From the NCBI RefSeq assembly GCF_009914755.1, contig NC_060925.1: a DNA stretch of 64,000 nt; one strand, 5' to 3'. How positions within the stretch are numbered: the stretch's first letter is position 1; every line of letters starts with the position of its first letter. Source of the stretch: the human T2T-CHM13v2.0 reference genome, Homo sapiens. Below the pieces are notes generated by a model. That model was given only the letters and a program-made list of their open reading frames with translations, searched no databases and was not told where the DNA came from. The translations under genes were made by a program, and so were the position numbers. This document shows, in pieces, positions 43,307 to 58,598 of this stretch.

Positions 43307-43948
43307 CTACCATATTACTTTGCCCTTACTAATCCCTTCATAAATACTAGCATATAAAAGAAAGTAGTCCCTCAGAGAGGCCCCTAATGGTTAGCTCTAG
43401 TCCCAGCAAGAGATGCAGTATTTAACTACTTTAGGCAAAAAAAAGGTTGTGCTTTTCGTGTTACCATAAAACTGTCAATATTCCCTCCTTTCTAGCTGTG
43501 CTGCTTTAATGGTCTGAGAGCGGATGACTTACAAGTTACTCAAGAAGACTGAGTATGTATTTTGACTGCCTGCACTTCCTGAATAGGCTTTTTAAATTAA
43601 AAATACAGTTTATGTTGTTTTACTTTTTTTGTTGTTGTTTTTAAGTGGCTACATCTGCATTGTTTCCTAAAAACACAATAGCTGCGATTGGCCATACCAG
43701 TTGGCATCTGTCTGTGGTTCCCCTGGCTTCTTATTTTAGTTCCTCCCTCTTCCTGGTAGGTCCTGTCTTGATCCTAGTCAAGCCTTTATACCCCTTTTAA
43801 GACTTTTTTCTTAAGAAAGAAGCTATTCCCACAAAAATAAGTTGCCACTTGCAGTGAAAGGCATAATGGACAGGAGGACCAGTGTTTGTTGAGTGAATAA
43901 AGGAATGAAACTACTACATCACAGGCAATTTTTAAAAATGAACAAAGG

Positions 43949-44688
<740 letters not shown>

Positions 44689-45774
44689 CTATTATAGAGA
44701 CACATAGTTGTTTTAGGTTAGTGCCTGACAATGTGGATGACAGATCAGTGGGGAATGATATGTTATTTACATGGTTCTGAACTTCACTTCCCTCCTCTTA
44801 TCCCTACTTTGGGGCTGATCTTATGTTCTACTGCTGATTCAGAACACGTTAAAAACAGCCTGAAATGGGCAATTCATCTGCATCCAATTCAAGGTATACT
44901 TATTGTTTTGGAGAAAAGTCCATCTTAAAAAAAAAAAAAAGGTGGAAAGAGAGGGCAGAGAGAAGCCAATTTCTCTAGGTCAGTATCAACATGGGAACAG
45001 CCATCCTATTTAGAGCTGACAAACCCAGTAGCCATCTGAGAGAGTTCTTTAGCTAAATAGGTGTGAAGCAGGGGCTGTATCTTGAGGGTACTTGTAGTTA
45101 GGGTCCCCAAACATATGGCACAAGCTATCTTTGAACAAAATAACAGACGGCAGTGTTTGCTCTGTGCTTTTAAGGCAGGTGTTTTATATAATTTTTACGT
45201 TATTTATTTGATATGATTTCTCACCAATGTACTTCATCACATCTAAACCCCAAATCATGACCCTTACCTACAAAAATACTACACAGAGAAAGAGAAAATG
45301 CCGAAGTTGTAGGGCTAACAAACACCTTCCAAGCCACACTTTGGCCTAATAGTATTACTTGGATATGTTTTTAACAGGTACTAAACAGGATTTTTTTTTT
45401 TTCAAGAAAGGACTTCTTTCTTGTTTGTGATCATTTTGTTATTTTTGCAACTTCTTTCTTTTCCTTATTGTCTAAAATGGCTCAGTGTATTCATCAGTGG
45501 TATTAACGTGTGAAGGACATAACCAAGGACTTAGTCCATAGGCAGATATGGTCCATTTCTCTAATCATTTCCTGCCCAAAGAGCTATGGCAATCACTCTT
45601 TTGCTTGTCACCAGTGAGAATATCTTAAGAAAATTAAATTTTCTAAGAAGAAAACAGAACAACCTCTTTGAAGCCATAGCCAATGACTCTTTCATACTTT
45701 TATTCCAGAGGCTGAGGTGTTTCATAATTGTTGAATGAATTAATTAATACATATCTAGAACCCTTCTTCTCAAG

Positions 45775-45912
45775 TCCAGTCTAATATAAGCTCCTGAAGG
45801 GTGGGGACTTTTTGTCTCTTGTTCACTGCTCTATTCCTAGCACCTTGATCACTGCATGGCACATAGGAGATGTGCCTCACCTCTCCACCACCATGTTGAA
45901 TGAATAAATGAT
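45775..45912 (+). mobile_element. L2 3' terminus
   Basis: ataagctcctgaagggtggggact...ttcactgctctattcctagcac...tgttgaatgaataaatga. Confidence 0.75.
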
Positions 45913-46039
45913 CAAAGCATTTCTTAACCCTAAAATAGTTGGTGATATAGTTATCTCTCATTTGCATTATTGAGAACATCAAACTTACATAGCCATGTCG
46001 CAAGTCAAAGCACTCTCCCAACTCAGAAAAATATGCACT

Positions 46040-46127
46040 TATTATTATTTTAATTTTGTATTTCCATAGGTTATTGGGGAATAGGTGGTGTTTGGTTACA
46101 TGAGTAAGTTCTTTAGTGGTGATTTGT
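46040..46127 (-). mobile_element. L1PB-like extreme 3' end (about 90 bp)
   Basis: atttccataggttattggggaataggtggtgtttggttacatgagtaagttctttagtggtgatttgt matches the recalled antisense L1PB tail. Confidence 0.75.
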
Positions 46128-46499
46128 AATTCTGTTAAACAGAAGGTAATATGAGAAGCTCATCTTTGTTGGATGACATTAGCAACAGAAGAATTAGTTT
46201 GACAATTGACTGATAAATCTCTGGCAGAGAAAATACTGTGCTTATGTATATTAAAACTGAAATTCAGAAAACAAATAGTGTTTTCATCATTGGCAGAATA
46301 GGTAAAAGCAAGTAAACAAACAAATAAAACCCATTGTGGGTGTTCTTTAATCAACAGAATCAACAGGAGATAAGCCCTTTTGTTTCTTCATTAGTTATTC
46401 CATGCAAGTTTTTTTCCTCTCCCATCATTGTTTTCAAATATGGATTTCAAGATGCACTATTTTGTGAGTTTACTACATTCTTGTTTTCATTCTTGTGCC

Positions 46500-46645
46500 T
46501 GCTGTAGGACCTTGATTTACCCTTACCACTTTGCTGTGCCTCAGCTTTCCCAGATATAAAATTGGCATCACAGTACTCATCTACCTAGTAAGGGAGTGGG
46601 GAATATGAGACTTAATTAGGGAACAGCTGTAAAACCTCTTGAGAT
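46500..46645 (+). mobile_element. MIR SINE fragment
   Basis: gctgtgcctcagctttcccagatataaaattggcatc. Confidence 0.5.
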
Positions 46646-49600
46646 AGTTCTGTGAGTCAGAATGGAAGTGCATCATTATTAATCATTATTATTATTGTTA
46701 GTATTTTCAAATGGCTCAAAGCCGTCTCTAAATTTAATAGTAAAATGAGTGCATCTAATAATTCTTTGTATGTACATGCTCTGTGGTCATGCATTTCACA
46801 AATTAAATGGCAGAATACTTGTAGGATATGATTATAATGATCCAAGTAAATGATCCTCAACCAATTCAAGATTATGTGATTAAGACCCCAAGGAGCTAAA
46901 GCAAGCAGTTTGCTTTGTTACCTTTTAGCTTCTCGAATAACCCATTTTGTGTTAATTTATGTGAAAGGGAAGAAGTTAGCTCTTTAAAAATTAACTTAGA
47001 GTTTTCTGTGTCATTAGTTTGGAATTTGGGAGTAAGTGGGTTACTCCTTAATTTCCAAATAAATCTATCTGTAACACCTTGTCCATAATCTACATTTAAA
47101 TGGTTTCGAATATGATTGGCCTAGCTTCCTAGCAGTTGTTGAGTCGAGCATAATTTATGAACTTTCAGAGTCATATGCGGTATCTTCAGACATCATCGGA
47201 AAAGAAAATTATATGTTTTAGTTTTGCAGTTGTTCCCTTGTCTCCTGTACCCTTCTGTCAAGAAACTGCATTTGTCTCTGAGGTTATGTTGCAAGTCAGT
47301 GGAGAATTGCCTTCCACCGTACACTGCTTGGTTTCAGCTTGAATTATCTCAGACAGACATCCTGGCTAGCTGCAATGCAAGCTCACAGGGCTCAAGCCTG
47401 AGAAGACCTAAGTTTGGCAGCGCACTAAGTTGAGGATGAGAAAAGAAAAAAGAAATTCTATCTTTTCTGGTGCTTTTCCCTCTTGGTTTCTCCACTAAAA
47501 ATCAATAGCGTGGTCGATAGTTGGTTTTGAGTTGTCCCCTACATGCTGGAGTTTTTCTGATGTAAACCTTTGGTGTCTGGGCTTCAGACATTATAATGTG
47601 TCAGGGAAAGTTTGATAGCTGTCACAGCTCTCCTGGGTTACATTTTATTCCCACGATAGCCTTTGTAATTTGAGAAGGGAAGAATAGATCAATTTTTGTA
47701 CCATTTAGTTGTTGGGGGAATTTCTTTTCCATAAATTGATTTTTCTTTGAAAAATTTACAATATTTATTTTCCTTCTTCACAGCAAAAGCAAATAAAATG
47801 AAATATTTTCATTAATGAATATTTTAAAATAAAAGCAATCCCAATCTTGCTGTAAGTTGTTAAGACTCAGTTATATCCTGTTCAGGATTTCTCACGTTCC
47901 TTTTGCATAACTTGGAATGACACTTTTAATTTTAAATGTATCCATTTGGGAAAACCTGGTGTCTTTTCTTAGTAGTACTCTAGAATGGCAATATCACGAA
48001 GAATAAAGTGGCACAACAACAGCTCTAATGCTTGCGTGGTTTTAATGCAGATTTTGGTTTCTTTGAAACTAAATGATTACTTTTATGGATACCAAATAAT
48101 TATGGATAATGAATAATTATTATAAGTGATGTCTGTTAAAAAGTGTTTATTTTTATTTTGAGTCTTTTCTATGAAATCTCGTTATCGGGACTATCAGATA
48201 ACATTAAATCATTAATTTTCTCTTCTGAAAATATTTTTAGTTGCTTATCTATCTTTCATTCTAATATGTATTCTTCTTCAACATAATAACTCTTATTAGA
48301 ATTATCCTTGAAAAACTTTGGGGTAACTTCTAGCATGTTCTATGAATATAAGGTGATAAAATTGTGTTTGTAAGGTGGCTTAAAGTTTCAAAAGATAGCT
48401 TTCTGAGTGAAATAATGTTTGTATAAAATTGTGTTGAAACAGCATCTTATAGAGGAGCAAATGCTATGTCTTTAAACACTTAATGTATTATTCGAAATAA
48501 TTGTCAAATATTTGAACAATAATATTTAAGAAGGAACACTAGAATTGGGTGTCTTTTCATCAGATAGTGTTAGATATCAACTATGCTGTATTAATTGAAA
48601 GGATTTGGTATAATCTCATAAAGAAACAGGCAAATTCTGGGGTTTCCTCTCTAGTGAAAATATATCATTCATGTCTTTCATTACTGTGCTATAATTATGG
48701 TAAGTGAAGCAGAACGAGATCGATAGAGCAATTTATCAATGCATTCCAAACTATTCTAGCATGGTTTACGTCATATCTCTGCAGATACTGTCATTCAATA
48801 AAGAGACATCTAATAGTATAAAGACTTCAGATGGATCCATTTCAGCATAATGTCTTTCTACGTGATGTTCTAATTTCGATCATGGTTTAACTAATTGTTT
48901 CACTCTGTATAGTATTAAGTGAAGTAAAATGTTTTCTTTGTTGAATTTCAATAGAAATTTTAAAATTCAGCTTTCAAGTGTAAAAAGCACTGCAGTAGTG
49001 GAAACATTGTTATTAATGGATGGCTTTAGCCTTCTTTTTCAGTGCCATTGTAAGTTATATCACCATTGAAACTAGAATACAAGTCAGGTATCCATCATGC
49101 CCCCAAAAGCATTAAAATTCAAATAACAAAAATAACAGTCATTATTTAATGACTGTAAATTTTTGTCTTTTAACATCACAAGATTCAAAATTCTTTAGGC
49201 TTTATCACCGTATTTATGATTTAACTATAAGAGTAGGTTCACAGGCTAGCTCATTTAGACTTTTTTTTCCACAAACCGTACACAATGGGGTCTTTTTTTT
49301 AATCGTAAATATTCCCCCCATACTGACATGATATTAAATATTGATAATATTGAAGAGAAGATACTGAAGTATACATGAAAGTGTTATTTATTTCAGTATG
49401 GACAAAAAATATTTTCAAATTACTAGATTGTAATTTTCTTTTTTCATATGTTATAAAATTATCACCCACTGTCATTTTGGTTAATTCAGTTTTCTACAAA
49501 ACTATATAGGTCTGGTAATGATGCCAGAGTCACACCAGTGCAAAATTGTCATTTGTATTTCAGGTTTGTAGACATCGAGAAATATTTTCAAGGACAGAAC

Positions 49601-52600
49601 TTATTTTTTATTGAGTTAGAAATGTTGAAACGTAAGGGAAAAGAGTGAAGTTGAATATGACCACTTTGTCAGAAAACTGTATACGTAACTCTTGATTTTG
49701 GAAAAATCAGCACCTGCAAATTTTGTCTTTTGGGGTTTGTTTTTTTTTTTTTAGTCCAGTTCATAAGATTACATGTTTTTGGTTTATAATTTCTTTACCT
49801 AAGGAGAGTTTTGTGCTGCATGACTCCTTAAGAGAGTTTCCATGAGCTCATAAAACATGAAGTGGGACAGTCTGAAATATTGTGATCGTTTTCTAGAATT
49901 ATACCTGATGGAATGTGATGACAGCACCTCTCCCTTCTATTTTATATGTTGAATTTGAAAGTGCTTGGGAATGTGTTGATGTCAATCGTGGCTGTGTTTT
50001 TGGCCATCTTTCTTTCCTTATACCTTCCACTTTCCTACTAACTGGTGCCCCTCTGACATTGTTTCTTAAGAGCTTGTCTGTTAAAGGGTTAAAGAATTAG
50101 ATTTTTAAGCTGCTTTCGTGCAATGTATTTAAGTTAAGGAAATTGGGATATCATTACCTCAGTGAGGATGTTGTAAATTGTTTTGTTGGCAAGATTTATT
50201 GGGGGTTATTTTACCTGATATCACATTGTATTGTTTAATGTGGACTATTTTTAACTAGCGTTCTATTTAAACAGTGTCAGTGAATTCTGAGAGCTTGCCA
50301 AACAAATTCTCAAAATGGTTGCCAAGCTGTAAGATGGCTGCCAAGGTCTGAGCACATTGAACAGGTTCAAAATGGTGACCAACTTCTCAGAATCTGTTGG
50401 TCAGATTCCCCCACTGCCAACCCCCTCCCCCCACACAACTACCACCCAAAAAGGAAGGAAAAAAACCACAAACCCGAAGATGCAAGACTTGGCACCATCT
50501 CCTTGGCACGAGTGGCTGTAGTGTCATCCAGAGATTCAAGTAGTCACCACGTACTACTTGTTTCACATGCTTGGCAGAAGACTATTCAGGGGAATACATG
50601 AGGTGAAAAACCACTGTAAAATAACATGGTCATTTTCTTTACCTTATCTAATATGCACAAAATAATTCTTTAGAAAGGGGAAAAGCCTAGACAAGGCAAT
50701 ACTTTCAAAGAGCTTTCTAAATGAGATCGAAGAGCGTTAACTAAGACTTCGGGCTGTGCCTTTTTGTACTGCTTGCCTGAAGTGGCACAAACTTTATATA
50801 CAACAGGTTTAAGATTTATTTTAGTTTTGCATTTGTTTACTTAAGTTTATAGCAATTGCTTTCTGGCAGTTGTGGTACTTAGCAGATTGAAATAAAATCA
50901 TAAGGGTGAATTAAAACATACTGCTGTTAGTGCTGATTAGAATTTTAGCTTAGTGTAAATACCGGATGCAGGGTCCAACTTTTCAGACACTTGGCATGAG
51001 CTCAATAGGGATCTCCAGGCTACACAGGAGACAGTGTGTGTGCTTGGATGCTTTTAAAATTCTTGGATAGGTGGAGCATACTACTTCTGCTGGCATGTTG
51101 GTTCATTGTGCTGGCTGCATAATGTGCTTGGATTCCAAGGTAGATAGAAGAAGCTGAGGAAATGGTAATAAGGGAAGATAGTTTGAACTTAAAAAACAAA
51201 GCCTGGAAAAAAGAATTTTATTTGAACCCTCTGCAGTTTGTACTCTGTGATATGGTTAATTATATAAATAACCAGTACTAAACTAAGTTGAAAATGGCAG
51301 GATTTGTGGTAGTTTGAAGAATGACCTAGAAGTGAATTTGTTTCCACAAGTTGTTGAAATTTTTCTGTGTGATCCTTTAAAAAATAGACAGATAAATTAA
51401 CTTCTCCAGGCAGTTAGTTTAGTCAGTGAATTCCTTAAATAGATCTTCTGTTTAATATCAGCAATGGACTAGGTTTTATATTCTGATTGAGACCTGCATT
51501 CCTAAAGATAGTTTTTAGGTGATAAAACATTTTATTTAATGCTTAAGTAGCTGTTAAAAAAGGCTGGTTGTCATGAAGGTACTGGCGTTTTGTTTTTATC
51601 TCAATTGGTAGTGGAATCAGCTAGGGATAATACTATAGAGCGATATAGTTTATATAGCTTGAGTTTTGAAAAATCTATAGCTTTAGGATTTGTTCAGTCA
51701 TGGAGCCCTTAGGTGGTGTGTACATTTTGTATATTCTCTATCACAAGGGGTAGTCAAGAAATGTGACTTTTCGGTCCTTTTTTTAATGATTTTCTCCTGC
51801 CATTTAGGCAACAATGTTAGTAGCCATCAAAGCTTCTCGTATGTTTATTTCTAGTCTTTTCTCACCTAGTAAGCAATTGTCAACCAAGGCCCAATCATTC
51901 AATAGGTAAAACCAAATGTTATTGACAGAGCTGAAATCTGAACTCTGTATCCTTCAGCGTAGAAGATCAATGTTCATTAAGATGCTTCAGTTCTGGAAAT
52001 TTCAACATAAAGCTATGGAGGCATTTAGAGGTTAGCAGGGCAAATGTGTGATATGCAAGGTGTGTAGCAGATCCCTTCTTACATATTTCCAGAGTATATT
52101 TGTAATGTTACATGTTACAAATGTAAAATAGTTTAATTAAAAGTCTTTCTTGCCAATTCTTACATATTGTACTGTAAGTTAGTGACAAGGAACTCAAATA
52201 AAACCTTTCTTTTTAAATTAGAAAACCAAGAGTCCACACCTCATTACAGTAAATCATAGTGCATTTTAAATCTTCAGATTAAGAATGTGTAATACTGATT
52301 ATTACTTGTCAATTTTGTTGTTTTTTTTCTATTACATATTCATTGATGATTTATTCAGATGACTAACGTTGTTGTAGCTGAGGCAAAAATTAAATCATTT
52401 TAAAATATGTCATTTTTACTTATTCGTAACAAGTTATGAGTATGTAAGCAAGTAGAATTTTTTCAAATTGCCTGAAGCATGACAAAATTCTAGATTTATA
52501 GTATAAAATGCCAATCAGGCAGTGTTTACGTAGGTAGAATAAGGCATATTTTTGCAAATTCCCACATCACCATTCTTGCTTATATGAAAAAGCATAGTAC

Positions 52601-55289
52601 TTTTTAGTATTTTGAGAGAAACTTTATTCATTTTGCTGTTGTAGACACAGTCCGTGTTTTAAATTAGTGAACTGCAGAAATCTTTTCTTTAGGAAATTTT
52701 TTCTATTAGTCCTTCCAAAGTGAGTATTTTACTTTAAAAGAGTTGTTTGTGTTTTAAATTTATGTGGTGGTATATTTAGCATTTTACCCTTTTCTACGTA
52801 GCATACACGTGTAATTAGTACATGGGGTGTATGTGTATGCTGGTGTCTACCCAAGTATGTATTGAAATATAAAATTTACTTTCTATATAGTAGCTTTCTG
52901 CATAGGGCAACCCAAACAGCTGTTATTCCTTTTTATAGCTTCTTTAATCTATGTGCCAACAAGTCAGTTTACAAAATCTGTTTTGTTGATGACTGCTGCG
53001 ATAATAATTGTGGTGTTTTGTGGCTTGGCAAAAGGCTGGGGTCTCCTCTGAGGACTCTTGCCAAAGGCTTTGAAGGGGTTGAGGTGGATTCACTGCCAAA
53101 ATGAGTCACCACTCTCTATTTTATTTAGTGTCCTTCTGCCAAGGCCTTAGACACTGTCTGTTTTCATTCTTTTGTAGGCTTTCCTCCCCACATTGTGGTT
53201 TTCTTCACAGCCAGAGGCCTGGGTCTGCCAGGATAGGTGAGAGAGGCTGTGTGTAGGGAAACTGAAGGGCTAGGGGTTTAGCTGTTGTATACCTTGAATG
53301 TATATGTGAGTTAAATTATATGGTTATAAGTTACAAATGATGGACTTAAATAATCTAGTACCTTGTGGTCACCTGGGTTTGGGTCAGACATTCTCAGAAG
53401 AGTATTATTTACTTTTAAGTAGGATTCAAATAATGTGACAGTGTTTTCATAATTGGTATTGATTATTTAAAAACCCTAGATTATTTGTGAGTTCTGGCTA
53501 GAGGCCTAAATCTTGAATTTTTCCTCAAACAAAAGAGTATCATCCTCCTCCTTTTAAATGGCATAATAATTTACTTCACATAAATGCGTTTTCTACGTAC
53601 ACACCTAATAGACTTCAGGGAATTATGCTAAAATTTTATTTCTACCTGTCTAGATTTAAATTGTCAACCATTAAGTAGACTGAGCAATATGAATTGCTGG
53701 TCTGTTCCCTGAGATATATTTGAGATTTAAACATTTTTTTCTTCATTAAATACTTTCAGTAGATTGAAATAAATGGAACTAAATGTCCTCTTGCTAGGTT
53801 TGTCCAACTCAAACATGTATTATGTATAGAAAAATGGCTGGGATGAATTTGAGTCTTCAAAATATAAGCAGAAATGGCATTTCATGCATTAGTATGAGGA
53901 GGACATACTTGGGTTTTTGCTAACTTTCAACCTATAAAATTTAGATGGGTTTTTCTTAACTAAAAGCTATGACACCATCCTGAAATCTTGTAGATTATGT
54001 ATGCAGAATTAAATTGAGGGGCATGGTTTTTGTTTTGTAAGTATTCATTCATTGTGTTAACTCTTTAAACATCGTATACACAGGAAAACTTCATTATAAC
54101 ATCCCCTGAAAACATTTCCATAAATATAAAGTAAATTTTCAAAGTTCAAAGTCCTAACTATAGGCAACAAAATGTTTTCCATATATTATGGTCGAAGCTT
54201 TTGTTCTTCAGGGGAAAAAATGTTATAAAAATGATTTTAACACTTTGTTCACAAAATAAATTCTATTAATAATTGATTATTATTTTTCATAAATCTTTCA
54301 GTTAGAAAACATAATTACGTAGGTAAAGAGTGAGATAATATTAGGATAAATACTGATCTCATTATATTCTACAAAGGTCAGTGGTTAGTATCCACTAAGT
54401 TAATATATGAAAGTCCTTTGTAAACTGTTAAATATATAGATATCAAGACATTTAGGTTTTTATTTTTGTTTTTTTTAAAACTTTGGATTATCACATTCTC
54501 CTCTCTGTGTATCTACTTCATGGTTTTCATTTAAAATAGCAAAAATAAGAAAATAGAAACAGTTACTAAAAACTTGTAGTCATTCTGTGATATAAATTCA
54601 TTTGGAATTTAAATACTTAGAGCTCACGGCAAGAGTCCAAGACAGAAATTCTTTTGGATGATCTATAAACCACTCAATCCCTGGTTAATGCTCAAACCAT
54701 GTGAAAAGTTCCAGGTGAAATTCACTATGAGCCTTGTCTGAACCCCATAAACTGAGGGAAGTCCTATAAACCCTATATGAACCCCAAAGAATCAAAATAA
54801 CTAAATCCGGCACATAATTAAAAACCACTATTTTCTAGTGGCTGCTTTATGTGTCCACAGTTTGAAGACAAGCTTTGCATATGGAAGTGAACTATTTTAT
54901 TTCGAAGATATGAATCATAAGCTACTTAGTATTTAAATATAGTTATCCTGTTGTGAAGATCTAATAATAATGCTGTTTAAAAAGAGGAACTGGAACTCCT
55001 TTACAAGTATTACCATTTCCAGGATCTCTCGGAAAGTTGCCAAGACATAAATATAGTTGTAGTAATGATTGTTGTTTTAGGAGTGGAATTAACAGTAGAT
55101 ATGTTCATCAACGTTATTTTGAAAAAGTAACGTTATCTTGGATTTGTACTAACCTTTATGCCGTATACTTAAAATGCAACTCTTGATAATCATTTACTAT
55201 GACAGTGTGGGTTGATAGAAGCTAGGTATTATGGTTCTCTTTAGGCAGAAAGAGAAACAGAACCCCTGCATGACTTCAGATGCAGTATA

Positions 55290-55375
55290 TTAATCTTTTG
55301 GGGGCATCAGTTTCCTCTTCTGAAAAATGAAGGGATTAGACTAAAACAATGTCTCAGATTCCTTCCAACTCTTAA
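55290..55375 (+). mobile_element. MIR3-like fragment
   Basis: tcagtttcctcttctgaaaaatgaagggattagacta...ttccttccaactct. Confidence 0.6.
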
Positions 55376-58255
55376 AAAAAAAATCTGGAAGCAACTATCT
55401 TTGCGTTATTGTCCATAATATCCCCTTCAAAGGTGGGATGACTGATTTATGGAGGACACATTGTAAATCACTAGGCTAATATCTCTTATTAATTATTGCA
55501 ATCAGAAGTATAATCATTGTTAACGTGTACCGAGTACTTACTCCTAGACATCACCTGCTGGGCTCCTGATGTGAAATTGGCTCACTGGTTCGTCTGTAGT
55601 TCTTTATTAGTAGCCTTAGTATCTTAGCATATTAGTGATTTTATTAAGTTGACTAAGCATTGTATGACTTTTTACAGGCCAGTGTCTTGGATGCTCAAGA
55701 ATCCTGAACTCATTCCCTTTACCTGTAAATGTTGACCGTGAACCAAAATGAGCTCTGTCAGTCTCTTAACCATTTTACTTTTTTGACCGTTTGTCTCATG
55801 ATAAGTTTTGTAAGCATTAAGTAATTTTCATACATCATCTGTTTTTGCATTCATTCTTCCAGCCATCTGCCATGTACTTGGCTTTTGGGCACTGGGAAGA
55901 GCTAGATGGGGTAGAAATGCATCTTCTCTTAAAAGGAGCTTACAACTCCCAAAGTTACAACTCTATCACAAAAAGAGTGTCAAGACACAACCCAAGTTCA
56001 TCACCTGAATGCCATTGATAAGGATTTCCAGATGGACAAAACATTAAGCTGACACCAAGTGAAACGTGTACTTCACAGACTTTCATGTTTCATTTCGTGA
56101 TATGCAGTGGCACTCTGAAGAACTGGGCTTTCAGAATGTATGTGTTTGGTCCGGTTCTTCGTATAGGGAGCAGTATCTTTGGAACAGTCACAGCATACAC
56201 CACACCACACTAGGTTCTATCTGTGGCAGGGTCAGCTCATTAAAGCTACTTTCTGGGTCCTCGTTAATGTCATGCAGGCCTTGTGACAGGTGTTACAGCT
56301 CCCCACCTGGCACGGTCCATTGGGGGTGTGCTGTAATTGCTCTTGATGCCACACTTAATGGGTGGGGGAAGAAAGTAGCATTATGTGTGAGGGGAGGTGA
56401 GAGGGATGCCCTCGGGCCGTTGCTGACATCTGGTCACCACTCCTGTTTTGCTGGCTTGTCTGTTTGGTGCCTACAAATATTGGGCCTTTGAGTTGAGTTT
56501 GCTGCCACCATTGGGTTCCTTGCAGCCATCATTATTTCACAGCTGGGCCATGGTTTTAACTTGGAAAAAGGGCATTCATCTCAGGGCCAGAAATGGTCTA
56601 CTGCCAACATGATCCTGAGAACTTTCTTAGTTTAATAAATGAGAGAATAAGTATTCTCATGAGCTCCTGTATCAAGTGTTTCCTGGTTTTGAGCTTTTTT
56701 GTTTTTTGGTGAGAATGTTATCTTTCATTGTTATTTCTGAACCCTTAAAGGACTAAATTTCCTTTTCAAGAGTTTCAAGTAGTTCTTGTACATGTGTGCG
56801 GTGATAAGCAAACATTAGTCTGAGAAAGTTCTGAAAAATCTAATTGAGCCAGCATTTACCAAGCCCTTCTATGTCAGCTACTGAACTAGGTGCAGGGAAA
56901 AAAATAAAGGTCCTCAACTAGCTCACCCTCAACTAGCTGTCCCTCCAGCTAGAGAACCAAACCTCTGCATAATTAACCATAATAATGGGCAGATAGATTC
57001 AAGGGAGAATGCAGTAAAATATGTAATATCATGAGTGCAGTTTTTATCTGTGTGCACAATTACGCAAGCCTTTTAACTAAAAGGCTTCGGTGAGATGGAT
57101 TTCGTAAAAATGCACAGAACTTCCTGAAGCACAAATTAGACAGTTCCCTAATATTAAAACACAGCCCTGAGAGGTAGGGTTTCAGGCTTTCTGGAACCCC
57201 CAAACTTGAATTGGTCCACAGAACTAAATTAGAAGTAACAACCTTTCCTTATGATGTGTGATTTCTCAAATGGTGGCATCTTCCCAGAGCTGTGTGTTCT
57301 TTTGTTTGGAGCACAGCTGCTTCCTATTGTTAAGTTGCACCGGAGAGCTCTGAGACAATTAATGAAGGGGATTTAAATGTTATTTAAAGGTAATCCCAAA
57401 ACGTTTCTTTGTGAAAGATGCCCCTTACTGCAGTCCCAACTTAAATACCAACTTAAATAAGAAACTTCCACTCTAGGCATGCTCAATAAATATTCAGTGA
57501 CCATTTCTGGTTTCTGGGGCATAACTAAAACTAAATAACTAAAAAATTGCCAATTAAATCTTCCCCAGCCCCAATTCCACATAACGCCTATGCACAACCA
57601 CTTCTGAATGCTCATGGAGAAATAGCATTAAGGCTCTGATCTGACCTCAGTAATTTTACAAATGTAAAGGTAGCATCTCATGGTCCCTGTAGGGATATAT
57701 TATTAGAAGAACATGCATACAATTTTGTTTTAATTGATTCTCACTCTTAAGTATGCAACCAATCTGTGTATATCTCCTTTTAATTATTTATCTGAGTTGT
57801 GAGAGAAAAGTAGGTAATTATTTGGTGATCCATTCAAATGTCTTGAAAGGAAGGCATCCAACTTTTATGACATACATCCTGAAAGACATAAAACAATACA
57901 TTTTTATTTTATAATTTCATCAGTATCAAGTGTAGTGTAAACTATTTTAAAACAATTTATAAAAGGTGCTTACATACTTACTGATTGAAAAAATGGCCAC
58001 AAGAATTAAGTTTATGGAATTGAAAAAATTTAGACCACAACAACATGGTAAACATTGATTTTTTTCAGAAGGAAATAATTTCTACAAATCAAAAACTTTA
58101 CTAACCAGATGTTATAGTTAGGACAAACAATGAAATAATCTTACTGTAAGAAAAATAATTCAGCCAACACGTTTTTTAAGTGTCTTCTTTACGCTTAACA
58201 TGGGTATTTGCTATTAGATGGGGGAGGTGGAAGGAATGTATCAAAAATGAATAAT

Positions 58256-58598
58256 GGCCAGATGCGGTGGCTCACGCCTATAATCCAAGCACTTTCAGAG
58301 GCCAAGGCAGGTGGATCCCAGCACTTTCGGAGGCCGAGGCGGGTAGATCACTTGAGGTCAGGAGTTTGACACTAGCCTGGCCTCAAACTCTGGTGAAACC
58401 CCATCTCTACTAAAAATACAAAAATTAGCTGGGCGCGGTGGCAGTCGCCGGTAGTCCCAGTTGCTCAGGAGGCTGAGGCACAAGAATTGCTTGAACCCGG
58501 GAGGCGGAGGTTGCAGTGAGCCAGTGAGCCAAGATCATGCCACAGCATTCCAGCCTAGGCAACAGAGTGAGACTTGATCTCAAAAAAAAGAAAAAAAG
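58256..58598 (+). mobile_element. Alu (AluSx/Sz-like) with several internal rearrangements
   Basis: Full dimer with a 32-bp tandem duplication, an 8-bp inverted insertion and an 8-bp duplication. Confidence 0.93.

Noticed and set aside
56066-56491. 141-aa plus-strand ORF
   Set aside because: GTG start, no domain similarity, composition unlike real proteins
57066-57087. 9-bp inverted repeat aagcctttt-aact-aaaaggctt
   Set aside because: Short and AT-rich; bacterial terminator logic does not apply to this genome
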